NCBI GenBank assembly: GCA_027923505.1
Contig: BROI01000005.1
Location: forward strand, 248,001 to 312,000
DNA: 64,000 nucleotides
From: Mayamaea pseudoterrestris
Taxonomy: Eukaryota
Direction of reading: 5' to 3'
Shown here piece after piece: positions 31,709 to 43,400 of the stretch. Below the pieces are notes generated by a model that did not search any database, had not been told where the DNA came from, and saw only the letters and a program-made list of their open reading frames with translations. The translations under genes and the position numbers were made by a program. The stretch's first letter is position 1, and each line of letters begins with the position of its first letter.

Positions 31709-34087
31709 TTAATCGGCCTTGGAACTCATGGAAGAGCCATACTTTGTAGTGTGTCCTTGCCTCTTGTTATTGACAGCAACATCGATCAATGACTGAAAGC
31801 TTTTGAGCGATCGTCTCAGCTGTCGAATGGCGTCGTTTATTGCCTGATGATCCAAGCGAGCCTTTCTTGCGCCTGGGTCTGCTGTTTGATTGTTAGCCTC
31901 CTCAATGGTTCGTAACTCTTGCGTCGAAGCTGCTGTGCCAGATACATTCACTGCGACATCACCATCAGTGTCTGTGCACTTCACCTTTGCTTGCATTGGC
32001 TCCAATGACGCGGATGGCCATTTGAGTATAATGTCATGTATCGGTTCCAAGCATGACAATCGAACCATGGCGCTGATCGGCGGAGACTGACTGTAACTCG
32101 CGGCTCCTGTAATTCTTGTGAGAAAGTCTTCCGACAAGAGCTGCGACGTGGATACTAGCCGATCCATCAGCGTCATAAAGCTCACGACGGCTTTGCGCTG
32201 GAGTTCCAGTTTAGTAGAGGCTGGCAAACCTCCCACTCGTCGGCGCTTCCAATCTGTTATGGACTCTGTTGCTAATTCGCAGATAAGCTGAAAACCAGTC
32301 CAAGCGGCATCTTGACACGTCGATAGCAAGGGTGGAGGCAAAGTCATGGGGATAGCATCGTCTTTAGTTTTCTTCTTCCAAGTAATAGTCGGCGCTGATG
32401 GAGCGTCAGCAAAGTCCGCTGCCAATAAATTCCACAAGATGGCATCCACCAAGCGAGATGCTGAAGCTAACTCTATATCAGTATCCACTTGCTGACTGCT
32501 GTCGTTGCGAATCTGACAGACTCTTCCTGCGAATCCAGGAAAGCGCCAAGCATATTTACCAAGTAAATTGGGCGAGACGAGGCACAAATCAAAAATACTT
32601 TCTTGAACGACATGGCATGCTTCATCGTCTCCTGCAACAACCAATCGTTCCCACCACTGTAGCCACTGGCGAAACAAGCCAGTGTTGAGCAAGGTTTGTG
32701 CATGGGCATTTTCCAAAGCCGGAGAAACGTTGCCGCAGGATGCGACCACAACTTGCCAGAGTGATAGAAACGTCCATGGAAGAACTGCAGAGGCAGCATG
32801 GTCGGATTGACTTGATGCTGTCTGTTCAGACATGGCCGTCTCCAAGATTATTGTCAAGTCGTCGCTACCTTCCAAAATTGCTTGTCTGGCAGTCTTTATA
32901 TGTGCAAGATTTGCTTTGCGCTGTTGCTTTGATTCACCAAGTAACGAGCTGCACAAGGCTGATAGTAACGATACACCAAGTATTGTACATGGCATGAGTG
33001 TGGAGGGTAATGATACATTGGTCGTCGTCTGGATTTGCATGAGTGTCGACAAGAACTGCAAATAATCATTCAACAAGTCATTGGTATGATGCAAGGTAGC
33101 GTCTCGGAAATAGTGAATCGGATAAAGAGCCAAGCGTTGCCAGTGTTCCGGTGGAAAGACGTTTAACAGTTCCGTTGACGGTTGCTGCAGCAAAAGCATG
33201 AAGGACAGTTGCGACAAGTGGTTTGATATTTCAAGTCGCTTCCAATGAGTCATGCTCATGGATGATAGCTTTGTAAAGCTCAAATATGAAAGTAAATTGG
33301 TAATAGATTGGGCGACTTGCAACCAAGAGTCCGCTTGTCGTATTGCGGTTGTAACTGATTCGTCGTGATGCAAGTGAGCGTGTACGTGAAAGCGATCTGA
33401 CTCGAACTCAAACTCGCTTCCGTCCGATTCCTCAGCCCAAACTTCGTTCATATTGTCGTTACCGTCTAGTATGACATGACCATTTCCATTTGCTACAATT
33501 GGTATGTCGTCTGCATCTGGAAGCTCGTTAGGCTGCTCTGGCGGATCTCTTATTGCGGTATTGTCACGTTCATGCAAGTCCACTGGATTTCCTCGATAGG
33601 TTCCGACATATTTTGCAGCCTCTTTCAAGCTTCCTGCAGTCAAAACCTTTAACGGTATTCGACCAAAAATGTTCCAGGCAAGCGTCGCCAGGGCTGAATC
33701 TGCATCTTGATCTGTCAAGGGCTGGACAAACGATTCATGTTGCGCAACAGGTTCCGTCGACGCCTCATCCATGGCAGGCGGCACGATGGCACTCGGTCGC
33801 TCAATTTTATCCAAAGCTTGCAAAAGTCCATTCAATAATCGGTCAGATAATATGTATAAATCAGCATCATATTCTAGCTTTCGGTAACTCTTTTCTTCTC
33901 CCAGCAAGATTTTTCCCAACTGCAGACACGCCGTCGACGACAAGCCGATGGGACAGTCATAACAAAGCTGTCGGTACGTTTCCTCCAGCAAAACATGCGC
34001 ATCTCTACTCGGCGGTGAGTCCTCGGCTTGTCGGAGCGCTTCGGCGATTGCTTTGGCGTAATTTCGCTCAAAATTGGAGCCGGCCAT
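31709..34087 (-). CDS. Hypothetical protein, 792 aa, Leu-rich predicted alpha-solenoid
   Basis: Long uninterrupted ATG-initiated ORF; no family motif recognised. Confidence 0.75.
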   Translation of the reverse strand: MAGSNFERNYAKAIAEALRQAEDSPPSRDAHVLLEETYRQLCYDCPIGLSSTACLQLGKILLGEEKSYRKLEYDADLYILSDRLLNGLLQALDKIERPSAIVPPAMDEASTEPVAQHESFVQPLTDQDADSALATLAWNIFGRIPLKVLTAGSLKEAAKYVGTYRGNPVDLHERDNTAIRDPPEQPNELPDADDIPIVANGNGHVILDGNDNMNEVWAEESDGSEFEFESDRFHVHAHLHHDESVTTAIRQADSWLQVAQSITNLLSYLSFTKLSSMSMTHWKRLEISNHLSQLSFMLLLQQPSTELLNVFPPEHWQRLALYPIHYFRDATLHHTNDLLNDYLQFLSTLMQIQTTTNVSLPSTLMPCTILGVSLLSALCSSLLGESKQQRKANLAHIKTARQAILEGSDDLTIILETAMSEQTASSQSDHAASAVLPWTFLSLWQVVVASCGNVSPALENAHAQTLLNTGLFRQWLQWWERLVVAGDDEACHVVQESIFDLCLVSPNLLGKYAWRFPGFAGRVCQIRNDSSQQVDTDIELASASRLVDAILWNLLAADFADAPSAPTITWKKKTKDDAIPMTLPPPLLSTCQDAAWTGFQLICELATESITDWKRRRVGGLPASTKLELQRKAVVSFMTLMDRLVSTSQLLSEDFLTRITGAASYSQSPPISAMVRLSCLEPIHDIILKWPSASLEPMQAKVKCTDTDGDVAVNVSGTAASTQELRTIEEANNQTADPGARKARLDHQAINDAIRQLRRSLKSFQSLIDVAVNNKRQGHTTKYGSSMSSKAD

Positions 34088-34357
34088 GGTCGAGGGGAAG
34101 GGATTTTGTGTGTGGTTTTACCGAGTAAGTGCAGTTTTGAATGTCGCAGCGTTTTATTTCTGAACCGCTACGACACGCAGCTATTGCTCATGATAATAAT
34201 ATAACTGCTGTGCTAATTACGTATTTGTACCGGTAAGGCTTCAAAGATGGCGTTGGAATAAAAGCTCGAACGGTAGCACAAACGATTCACTATATGAACT
34301 TATGCAATTTATAGTTCACAACTTTCATCTTCATGGCTCTTTACATAATATAAAGGA

Positions 34358-34849
34358 TCAATTTCGAGGGGCCAAACGAAAATTCGATCCAAATTCAATA
34401 ATCAAGCCAAGTACGAAATACGAAATAGAAACTCCACAGACTGTCTTTATCAGAAATCCACCTGCCTTTATCAGAAATCCACCAACTGTTTGGACCTCTT
34501 TGCGAGCAATGTTGACCAACACGGGGCGGTCCAATCCACCAATGGCCGTGGACAATGATTCGTCTTGACGCTTACCGGAAAACAGACCGGGCTCTTTGCG
34601 ACAAGAAACTGGGATCTCGATTCAAATTCGATGCAATAGGCTTCCTCGCTTGATCGGCGATACAAGAACACTCGAGCTGCTTGATTGACAGGTGGGGCAG
34701 GCGAACACTTTGCCCAACTGCGCCACGCATTTGCTGCAAAACAAGTGTTCGCACGAACTCAAGATGACAGGATCTGCTGCTGGGACGGAGTTGCAAACGG
34801 GACAGACGAAATGGGTCAGTACTTTGGCAGACAACGATTCGTTGTACAT
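34358..34849 (-). pseudogene. RING-HC tail-anchored protein paralog with in-frame TGA at 34622-34624
   Basis: MYNESLSAKVLTHFVCPVC..CEHLFCSKC..CPTC..KRGSLLHRI*IEIPVSC... The frame continues after the TGA to a hydrophobic tail and a stop at 34358, and aligns with the neighbouring gene 35107..35538. Confidence 0.65.
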
Positions 34850-35106
34850 TGTAGCCTTTCTATTGATATATTGATATCTGATGCGGGCTCCTGCTTGTAT
34901 CCAACAAATTTTGCTCGACCGATATAAATGCGATTGTGGGGTTTGACGCGAAACGACCGCCACGGGATTACACGCCGGCGCGAACGAAAGAGCGTTCGCT
35001 GTATACTCCAACGCACTGACGCTTTGACGTATTTTGAACTAATAGTAAGACACTGAGACAGTAGCTTAACTATACTGCTATCCTTTCATTTAACATGTAA
35101 GAGATT

Positions 35107-35538
35107 CTACTTTCGTTCCAACATAAAATGCAAGGCAACACTCGCCGCCATGGCAGCAAACATGAATCCTAGGTCTGACCCAATACTAAATTGCTGGATT
35201 CCCTTGGGACACCACGCCAAATGCGTCGATAGCTTGTCAATGCTTCCGGTCCACTTGCATCCATTATCGCATGTCACTTGCACATTGCTCCAAAGCCGAT
35301 GCCGCAAGCTTCCTCGCTTCAACGACTGAACGCACGAGTAGCCCGACTTGCAGGTGGGGCAAATCTTGCAAACATTGTCTCCGCGATGAGAACAATGGAC
35401 AATGCAGTAGTGACAAAACAAGTGCTCGCAGGGAACTAATACGACTGGCTCAACTGGTACCGACAAGCAAATGGGGCATGTCAAGTGAGTCAAGACATTT
35501 TCGGCAATCTTGTCGGGAATAGAAGGATGCTTGCTCAT
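35107..35538 (-). CDS. Small RING-HC (TRAF/RNF-like) protein with C-terminal hydrophobic tail
   Basis: CPICLSVPVEPVVLVPCEHLFCHYC..CPTC, then VTCDNGCKWTG..L..HL..C (TRAF/SIAH-type zinc-finger start); tail LGFMFAAMAASVALHFML. Confidence 0.82.
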   Translation of the reverse strand: MSKHPSIPDKIAENVLTHLTCPICLSVPVEPVVLVPCEHLFCHYCIVHCSHRGDNVCKICPTCKSGYSCVQSLKRGSLRHRLWSNVQVTCDNGCKWTGSIDKLSTHLAWCPKGIQQFSIGSDLGFMFAAMAASVALHFMLERK

Positions 35539-35900
35539 GGTGTGCAAAGTAAAAGAAATGTGGCTCGTCGTCTTTGTTGCAGTCTACGCTTGTCTTTTGC
35601 CGCAAGCTCCGATGAGCAAAATTCCTCAAAAAGTTAGCAAAACACGACAGGCTTGCTTGGGTGTCGTGGTTCAACGCATGCACCTCTGCTGACGACCGCC
35701 TACCTCCGACGAACCGAGGCGCTACTAAGGGCCTCGTGCAACAATGCAAGAAGCATAGATCGAACATTAGAGATTCATACTATAATTCCAATAATGATTA
35801 GCTTGTACCGTCGCCCATCGCGACTATGCTCGTGCGAATTCACATTGATGAAGCAAGTCGTGACTCGGTGACTCGTCGCTTCCATCTCGTGCCTCATCTT

Positions 35901-36074
35901 CTATTTTATTTTCCCTTCCCGAAATAGCACATGCTGTCGCACCACTGGATCAAACTTTCGCAACACAATCTTTTCGGGCGTCTTGCTCACGTTCTTGCGC
36001 GTCGTGTAAAAAAAGCCAGTTCCAGCCGTGCTGTTGAGTTTAATGGCCACCGTCTTGCCCTTGCCGCGGGCCAT
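35901..36074 (-). CDS. MRPL33: Ribosomal protein bL33 (mitochondrial type)
   Basis: [46 protein letters not shown]. Confidence 0.93.
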   Translation of the reverse strand: MARGKGKTVAIKLNSTAGTGFFYTTRKNVSKTPEKIVLRKFDPVVRQHVLFREGKIK

Positions 36075-36387
36075 TTGCAAAAATGGAGTGGCGTGCATGA
36101 TGAATGAAAAGCAAGGAGCTGCAGCGAGAGCTTTATGGAATGTCGAGTGCAGGTGACCAGAAATATACGCTTTATGAATGTCGTCAAGGATAGTCGAGCG
36201 GCGAAAAGTTCATGGTCGTCGATCGGTCGAAAGGAAGATGAGTACCGTTACGATGCATTTAGAACCGCTACGACATGCATTCTGCACGGAAGAAGAAAGC
36301 GAAACGCCGATCCATTTTGCAAGCCAAGGTTGACCTCACTTCTTTGGCAAAGACAAGATCAAACATTTATCAAGCTCATTTATCTCC

Positions 36388-37284
36388 ATGTTTGCTTCCT
36401 ACAGTAGACTGGCTCGACGAGCTGCTGGTCCAGGAGTCGTTGCGACATCTCTATCCCTGTGGTCCGAGCGACGGCTTGCTCAGCAGGCGACTGCCGGCAA
36501 GCTCATTTCCGCCGGTGCATCGTCAATCAAAAGTCGTCTCTTTTCCAGCTCATCATCAGCAAGCAAACGCAATGGAATTGTCGCCTGGTACGAAGGACAC
36601 TTGCATAATCACCCAGTCTTTACCAAAATGGTCACTGGCGCCTGCCTTTGGTCGATTGGCGATGCGGTCGCGCAGTATGCACCGTCTCTGGCATCGCAAC
36701 AGCCACTCGCCGACTACGACTACGCACGCACTGGTCGCGCCTGCGCCTTTGGCTTTTTTCTTCACGCGCCACTGAGTCACTTGCATTTCAACTTTCTCGA
36801 ATACTTGACGGTCAAGAGTGGATTCAAGGGAATGCAGATTACAATCTTCAAAACGACAATGGAACAGTTTGTCTACTGGAGCTGGATTTCAAACTGCTTG
36901 TACCATGGCGCCATGGGTGCCATGCAGGGACAAAGTGTACAGCAAACGTGGGACTATATCAAATCTGTCATTTGGGAAACGCAAAAGGTGAGCAAGTAGT
37001 GAGACTGTACGCTCGTTCAACATGACTCGCACTAAGCATTCAACAACTTTCCATATCATCCGTCGGTTTTCTTTTTGTTCTCAATACAACAGGCAACGTG
37101 GGTGTTTTGGATTCCGGTGCAGCTTTTGAATTTCCGCTATGTTCCTGTCCGACATCAGCTCAACGTTGTGCTCTGCACAAGCATTGTGTGGACGGCACTT
37201 TTGAGCTTTTGGTTTCCGCCCATTGGCAGCGACGACAAGAAGAAGAAGAAGAAGAAGAATGTTGAAGATTATCCAGTCATGTAG
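36388..37284 (+). CDS. Mpv17/PMP22 family membrane protein, mitochondrial presequence; intron 36988..37092
   Basis: HPVFTKMVTG..GDAVAQ, DYARTGR, EQFV, WVFWIPVQLLNFRYVP..LLS; the GTGAGC..AACAG intron is in frame. Confidence 0.9.
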
Positions 37285-37456
37285 TGGACTATTGATTGAA
37301 GAGGGCGCAACAACATTGCAGTCGTGCAATATTTTTAGAGCTACCAGTTGATATCATGATGGAAGGGTAGTCACTAATCATTGTAGCAACTGATATAGTA
37401 AATGTATCAAGTATATAACTATATAAAGTTCAGGAAGTCTTGTATCCTTTAAGTTA

Positions 37457-40400
37457 TTAACCGCGCCACTCGTAAAAGCCTTTGAACTTCGACTCTACTT
37501 CAATCACGGCCCAAAAGACTTCCTTGAATGATTCGCTGCCGTCGTCGTAGCTAGCAAACTTGGGAAGGTACAAACGCCGAGCACATGTATTGGCGCGTGG
37601 GAGGCAGCCGGGATCGCGCATCGGAAGGAATTCGCCACTTGCAGAAACGAGCGGGACAACCTCAATACGTCCTGGAGTTTCAATGGGGACACTAGTAACA
37701 AAATTGAGAAACTGGCGGCGTTGCTGCGGCGTCCCTTCTAGAAGAGCCTTGATCAAGAAACCGATTGTCGGAGACGTCGGACCAAAACGTCGACTCATGG
37801 AACTGCCGCCTTCACCGCCGATTGCGGCAACAGCGACAAGAGCTTCAGCAGCTTCTTTGCCTCCATCAAGCTTAAATAACTTTCTGACAGCGCTCTCGTT
37901 CCACTTTTCAACGCCATCTCCGCCGCCGCACACGTCACGATGAAGCTCTTCCGGAGTAAAGATTCGAAGATACTTAGTCGAGAAAAAGTCTTCAATGCCC
38001 TCACGAAAAGCGCATGCCTGCAGGATAATGCCGTCGCAAAGCACAAACCTCTTCACAAGGCTAACCCACTCGCGGACATTGTATACTGAGACTCTCTTCT
38101 CGTGCCCATTCAGGCACAACGGCATCGCGCTTTCGTCCTGAGCGGGATCTAAAGGGTCAACAAAAGTTCGATCTTGAAAGTAATCTTCAAAGGAACAGTC
38201 ATATGCTTTCCCGAGCGCAACACGAGCAAACGCCACATCAGAAGATATTTCCTGGTATCGCTTGTCTTGCTCAAAGCGGGACAATGGAGGCTGAGCAGTG
38301 TCCACAATGTCCAGCGCTCGGCAAATAAAGAATTCAGCAGCATACACCTCGCCGCCAAGAAAACCTGGTCTGGGCAGATCCTGTGAAGTTAACACCATAT
38401 CCGCCGTCGACGACTTGCCCGTCGCATGAGGTACTTTCCCATGGAGCACCAGCTTTATAAAGGCAGGGCTTAGTGGTAAAGGAAACACAAAATTGTCCCG
38501 AATCGCAGCTGCAAATAGCCTGCCGATAAAGCGGAAACGCTGCAGAACGTCTGGCAACAATGGGTGATACGTCGGCAGCGGCCGAGGAAAGACGCCGACG
38601 TTACAGCGCAAATCAGCTCGTGGCGTTGGAATAATAACCGTGCCGCTCGCGTCCAAATCTGGGATCCAAAGAGGAAGAGGGATTTTGCGATGTTGCTCTG
38701 TTTCTTCAGAGTCTGATTGCATCGTCTCGGGTCCCAGACTATCTGCCCTGGAAATTATCGAACTGTCTGAGCAAGCGCTTGGACCGTTCACACCGGCGAC
38801 ATTTTCTGTTGCAAGTAGACACTCCGCAACGTCCGCATAGAAACCACGAGTCACCCCAGCCTCTGTTCCGGACGCCAAGTCAAAACCTGATTCCCCTTCA
38901 AATCTGATTTCCAGTCGCCGGTGGTAGATTGTCTTATCACTGGCATAAAGATGCATAATAGCCGCCGCATCAGCAAGAAGTTGTTCACGCCGGATTGATG
39001 CCTTCGCAACCTGCAATGTGTGCTCTTCCCATTTTGCTGCGCGAAAAGTTGCTTTAACACGTGCAGCAAGTGCTTCCTCCATGCCATACAGTTCATCGGC
39101 CTGTAGCTGCAACGCTGTAGGGTCGTCAGCGCCGCCAGAAAATGCTTCGCCAACTAACTCAACGGCCCGAGCACGTAAAGCAGTCATGCGTTGTCGCAAA
39201 CGACCTACATTCACCTTCGCTTCCTGTTGCTTTAGTGTGCTACGAGAAATTCCAAACGCCACGCGCTCCAGCAATGTCCTACGAGCTTCGTAGCTGAAGA
39301 CGCTTGGTGCTAGCGACGGTGCTTCAACGCACCAGCTCGGTAAAGTGTTGCTTACTACAGCAACAGCCACATCCATTTGTTCGGTTAATTTCTTCGATAA
39401 GGAAGAATTTACAAAGAGCCCTTCATAAGCTTCATTCCAGGTCAATTCCGATGCATCCTGAGTGAAGACGCGAAGCAAGTTAATGACCTTCATGCATTGG
39501 AGACTCGTCGTCTCAAAGCCGTCGCATGGCTCGTCGATAATATCGTCTTCACTGGCAGACAAGGATCTTGAACTCAATGAACTCAATTTTCTAGAACGGT
39601 TTTCCAATGATTGCTCATCAAACATCAGGCTAATGGTTGATTGCGACTGGACGCCAGCTGCTGCAGGAATTGCATTAGCACCGGTCTTTCGTGATGAATC
39701 GTCATTCCAAGTAACACTATAAAACAGTTGACAGGGTCTCTCCTTTGTGAACAGCAATTTTCCTTGACATTTTTCGAAAATTTGGCTTAACGCGCTCATT
39801 AAGGTCGTATCTTCGCTACCTTTAAAACTTATTCCGCAAAGGTTCGCAATCGCGCTGAATGACACCGATAGTTCTGGCGGTGTCTCGATGGCAAGAGACT
39901 CGCAAACCAATCTGGCCATTTTGTCACCAATCATGACTATTAAAACAATATCAGCATCATCAACGTTGACATACAACTGATCTGGAACTTTCAAGTCGGC
40001 TGGACGCATGGCATCAGCAAGTGATAAAGCTGACCATGTGCGCGTCAACGTACACTTAGCTGCGTCGTTAGCAGAGTCAACGCTCGAAAGATGGTCGGCC
40101 GACTGGTCTGAGAGCTGCTTAGCATCGTTAGAGCTCAGGTTCAGATTGTGACCTAGCCTGCTAATAATGTAGTAAGATCTGGCCGCAAGATCTACCCGTA
40201 CCAGATCCTCCACTTCATCACCAAACACTAATGAATCAAGTGCTAGCGGAGACGACATAGAGATTTCCATCGGTTTAGAATCGTCGCCTTTCCAATCACT
40301 TGCGTATCTCAAAGTGTGGGTCCCTTCCGTCTCTTCAAAACTAAGTACAATACCGATGCGCCAATAGCTATTTTTGCAATGAAGCAATCGCTCGACAATA

Positions 40401-43400
40401 ACAGCATGGTCCTCGGCCAGCTGCCGGGCGAAACAGATGTATGATGGGTCGCTAATGATGTGCGATCGTAGTACAAGCGCTTGCAACTCTGATATTGCAA
40501 CCAGAGGTTGGGCTGTTATAAACAACGGTTTTCCTTTACCACTAACCGACTCAAACTCGGAAGGAGCAAGCTGTATTGCAATTGCTGTTGTCAGCAAGGA
40601 TAGCTCACCCTGATTCTTGCCGTTCTCGCTCAACAAGTTCTTGACACACGACACATTCTCATGAAACGAGAGTAATTGATGGCAACGCCGTAATACTTCC
40701 TGAGCCTCGTTAGAGCAAGTAAATTCATGGTCAGTATCCCACCTTTCGCTCAAAATTCCTACTACCTTTCCATCAGCACTATCACCAGCATCTTCAAGGT
40801 TGTCGTAGGTAGCTGCTGGCACTTTCTTCGGCACAGAGAACAACAACCGAACAACTTGCTTGGCGAAACACAACCTTTCCTCAAGTGAGTATTCCAGGAT
40901 ATTTCCTAGCACCAGCTGATCGTCAAAAACTCTGGCTCGTTTCTTTCGTCGAGCATTTCCCGCTCTAGCATCATCCTGCCCATGTCCTAGCCCGCTCAAA
41001 CAAGCAAACAGTGCCGGTAGCACAAGAGTTTCGAACTGATGAATCGTGACCGAGCCGATAACCAACAACATTTCGCCAAGACGTTGTACTGCAAACGCAT
41101 CTCGGTCCAGTAAAGCTTTCAAGACCGCTTGCAGCTCTTCCGTATTGTCATTTTCGTTAAGCTCCGAAAGGACGCCCGCATAGGGATCGGGTAACTCGTC
41201 ATTCTTGACGTCCAGAAGGAGACGACGACACTCCAATGCTATTGTCTTAACTTTAACGCTTTTAACAGTTCCACTCTCAGACTTGTCGGTGCAATTTTCG
41301 CATGCATCCCAATCGCATTTACGGCAACCATGCATCGGACGACCACGTTCAACTCCAATCCCGCAAATATCGCATCGGAATGAATTGTGCTCGGTAATGT
41401 GAATCACCGCCGTGTGCTTCTTCGGGCAGCAAATTACACTATCTGGCTGCTTCGTAGATACTACCGTGGACGCTGCTACGGCTGATTCAAGATGAGAATC
41501 ACCTGTCAATGTTTCGCCCAACCGTTTTAATGCCATGTGTAAATGCAAAGAAACCTTTTCCAACATACCGAACCTATGCAACTCAGAACTTCCGCGGACA
41601 GAAGGGAAAGACTTAAGTAGTGTATGAAGCATGCTCAATCCCGCTGATGCAACATACTTATCCTTGCTGCAAAGATAATCTTCGACGAGGGCTAGAAATG
41701 ATGTCAGATGTTTTGCATCGGATAATATCGTCGCGCCTAAAATATTTCGAGGAAACGAGCCAAGCAATCCATTCGTCGACAATTCAGCTTGCTCATGCAC
41801 AGAATCATCTGCAAGCTGTTTTGGACGAAACTGGACTCCTTGTGCCCGGCGAAGTGAATCAAGCAGCACGTTTCCAACGAGCACTTCCGACAACACACGG
41901 CTGCAAAGGTCCACCCGCGGCGACTGCCTGCGGTGCAATGCGAGCCCAAATTGAAACAAACGTTGAACTAGTGCAACAATGAAAGTTCCCGCCTTGTCGT
42001 GCATGGCGCGATGCAACGCTTCTTGGCGTGCTTCTGCTTCTCGAAATACTCCAACAACTTCAGATGAGAGACTCATTTCCGCTCTATCGGTAAGTGACGA
42101 AGTGTGCTGCAAAAGAAGCCGCAAACTAATAGCTTGATTTGTATTCGCAGCTTTCCGTACTTCCGTATACGTTGCTCGCGCCCCCTTGGTGATCAAGTAG
42201 TTTAAAATATTCGACGAGCAGCCGAGCGACACAGCTAGAAGCAGCAATGGCATGCCTTCGTCGTCAACAGCATCTCGCAACATTACAGAGGTTTTCTGTA
42301 TCGCGTTGCTACTAAATTTTTTCGCTTCAGCTTCAACTGATGCTTTTATCCAGGTGAGATCGTTAAATAAGATGCCTGTGCCAACAATTTGTTGAAGGAA
42401 TGCCACTTGAGCCGCTCCATTCGTCACATCTCGAAGTGCTTGTGTTCTATTACGTAGCACAGTGTCGAGAAAACTGGTCTGGGCAAAGGGATCGCTGTCT
42501 TGGGTCTCTGTTGCAAAGTTATCGTCTGGTAATTGATTGCTGGGGCTATTGGAATCCGCGACGGAGCGACCAAAAAAGTCAGCGGCAGACAAGCCAGCCG
42601 CTGGATCTGTGTGAGCAGCGCCGAAAGAAAATGAAGGAGGCATCATATCTTGCAGTCCAAGCTCACCACCAAACAGACTTTCTCGATCGGCTTCACTGAA
42701 AAGAAAGCCTTGGTTACTACTGCGACGTGCTCGGCTCATAAGTGCCAGTAACATGCTACGCCTCTGCTGCGCTGTACCACCAGGTCCCAACTCCAATCCT
42801 GCCATTCCATTGTGCTCGTCTAACGCGTCTTGTCTCGCTGTGACAGCCGTGCGCAATCCAATTCGTCTCGCAATTAACGGTGGTGGCCGCGAGTCATCCG
42901 CATCGGCTATCAGTTCTACAAAATCGTCGTCATCATCGTCATCATCAAAGTCTGACACATCTCCTGATGCTGAGAAAACCCTTTTCGAAATGACAAGCGC
43001 TAGGTTGCCAATAAGGCGGATCTTCTCCGGTAAATCTTCTTTCGGCTCTAAACTGGTCATCTGTCTTTGAGCAACATCAATCGCGCTCATCATTGCCTCT
43101 GGTAGGCCCGCCGAGAAAAGACTAGCAAGCATTGCAGGTTTTTTGCACTCTCTGGCAATGATTTCTATGGCAGAACGATCAAGGCGGGATAGTGCGCTAA
43201 TTTCAGATTGTAAACGGTGACAGAGAGTGTCTATTTCTTGCAACGCCTCATGCTCGTCGTCGAATGTAACCTCTGCCCCAGGACAACCAAAAATAATCTC
43301 AGCAGGGGTGCAATGCGCAAGCTTCGAATGACGCATACGTCTCGTCTCTAGCACAGGATCATTTGCCGATGTGAGGGGTGTACCGCATCCAACTGCTTCG

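Noticed and set aside
34622..34624. Selenocysteine recoding of the in-frame TGA
   Set aside because: The aligned residue in the paralog is Trp, not Cys, and no SECIS was recognised.
37237..37257. (AAG)7 microsatellite giving poly-Lys in the Mpv17 tail; also poly-Gln runs in the DEAH helicase and EFL1
   Set aside because: Ordinary short coding microsatellites.
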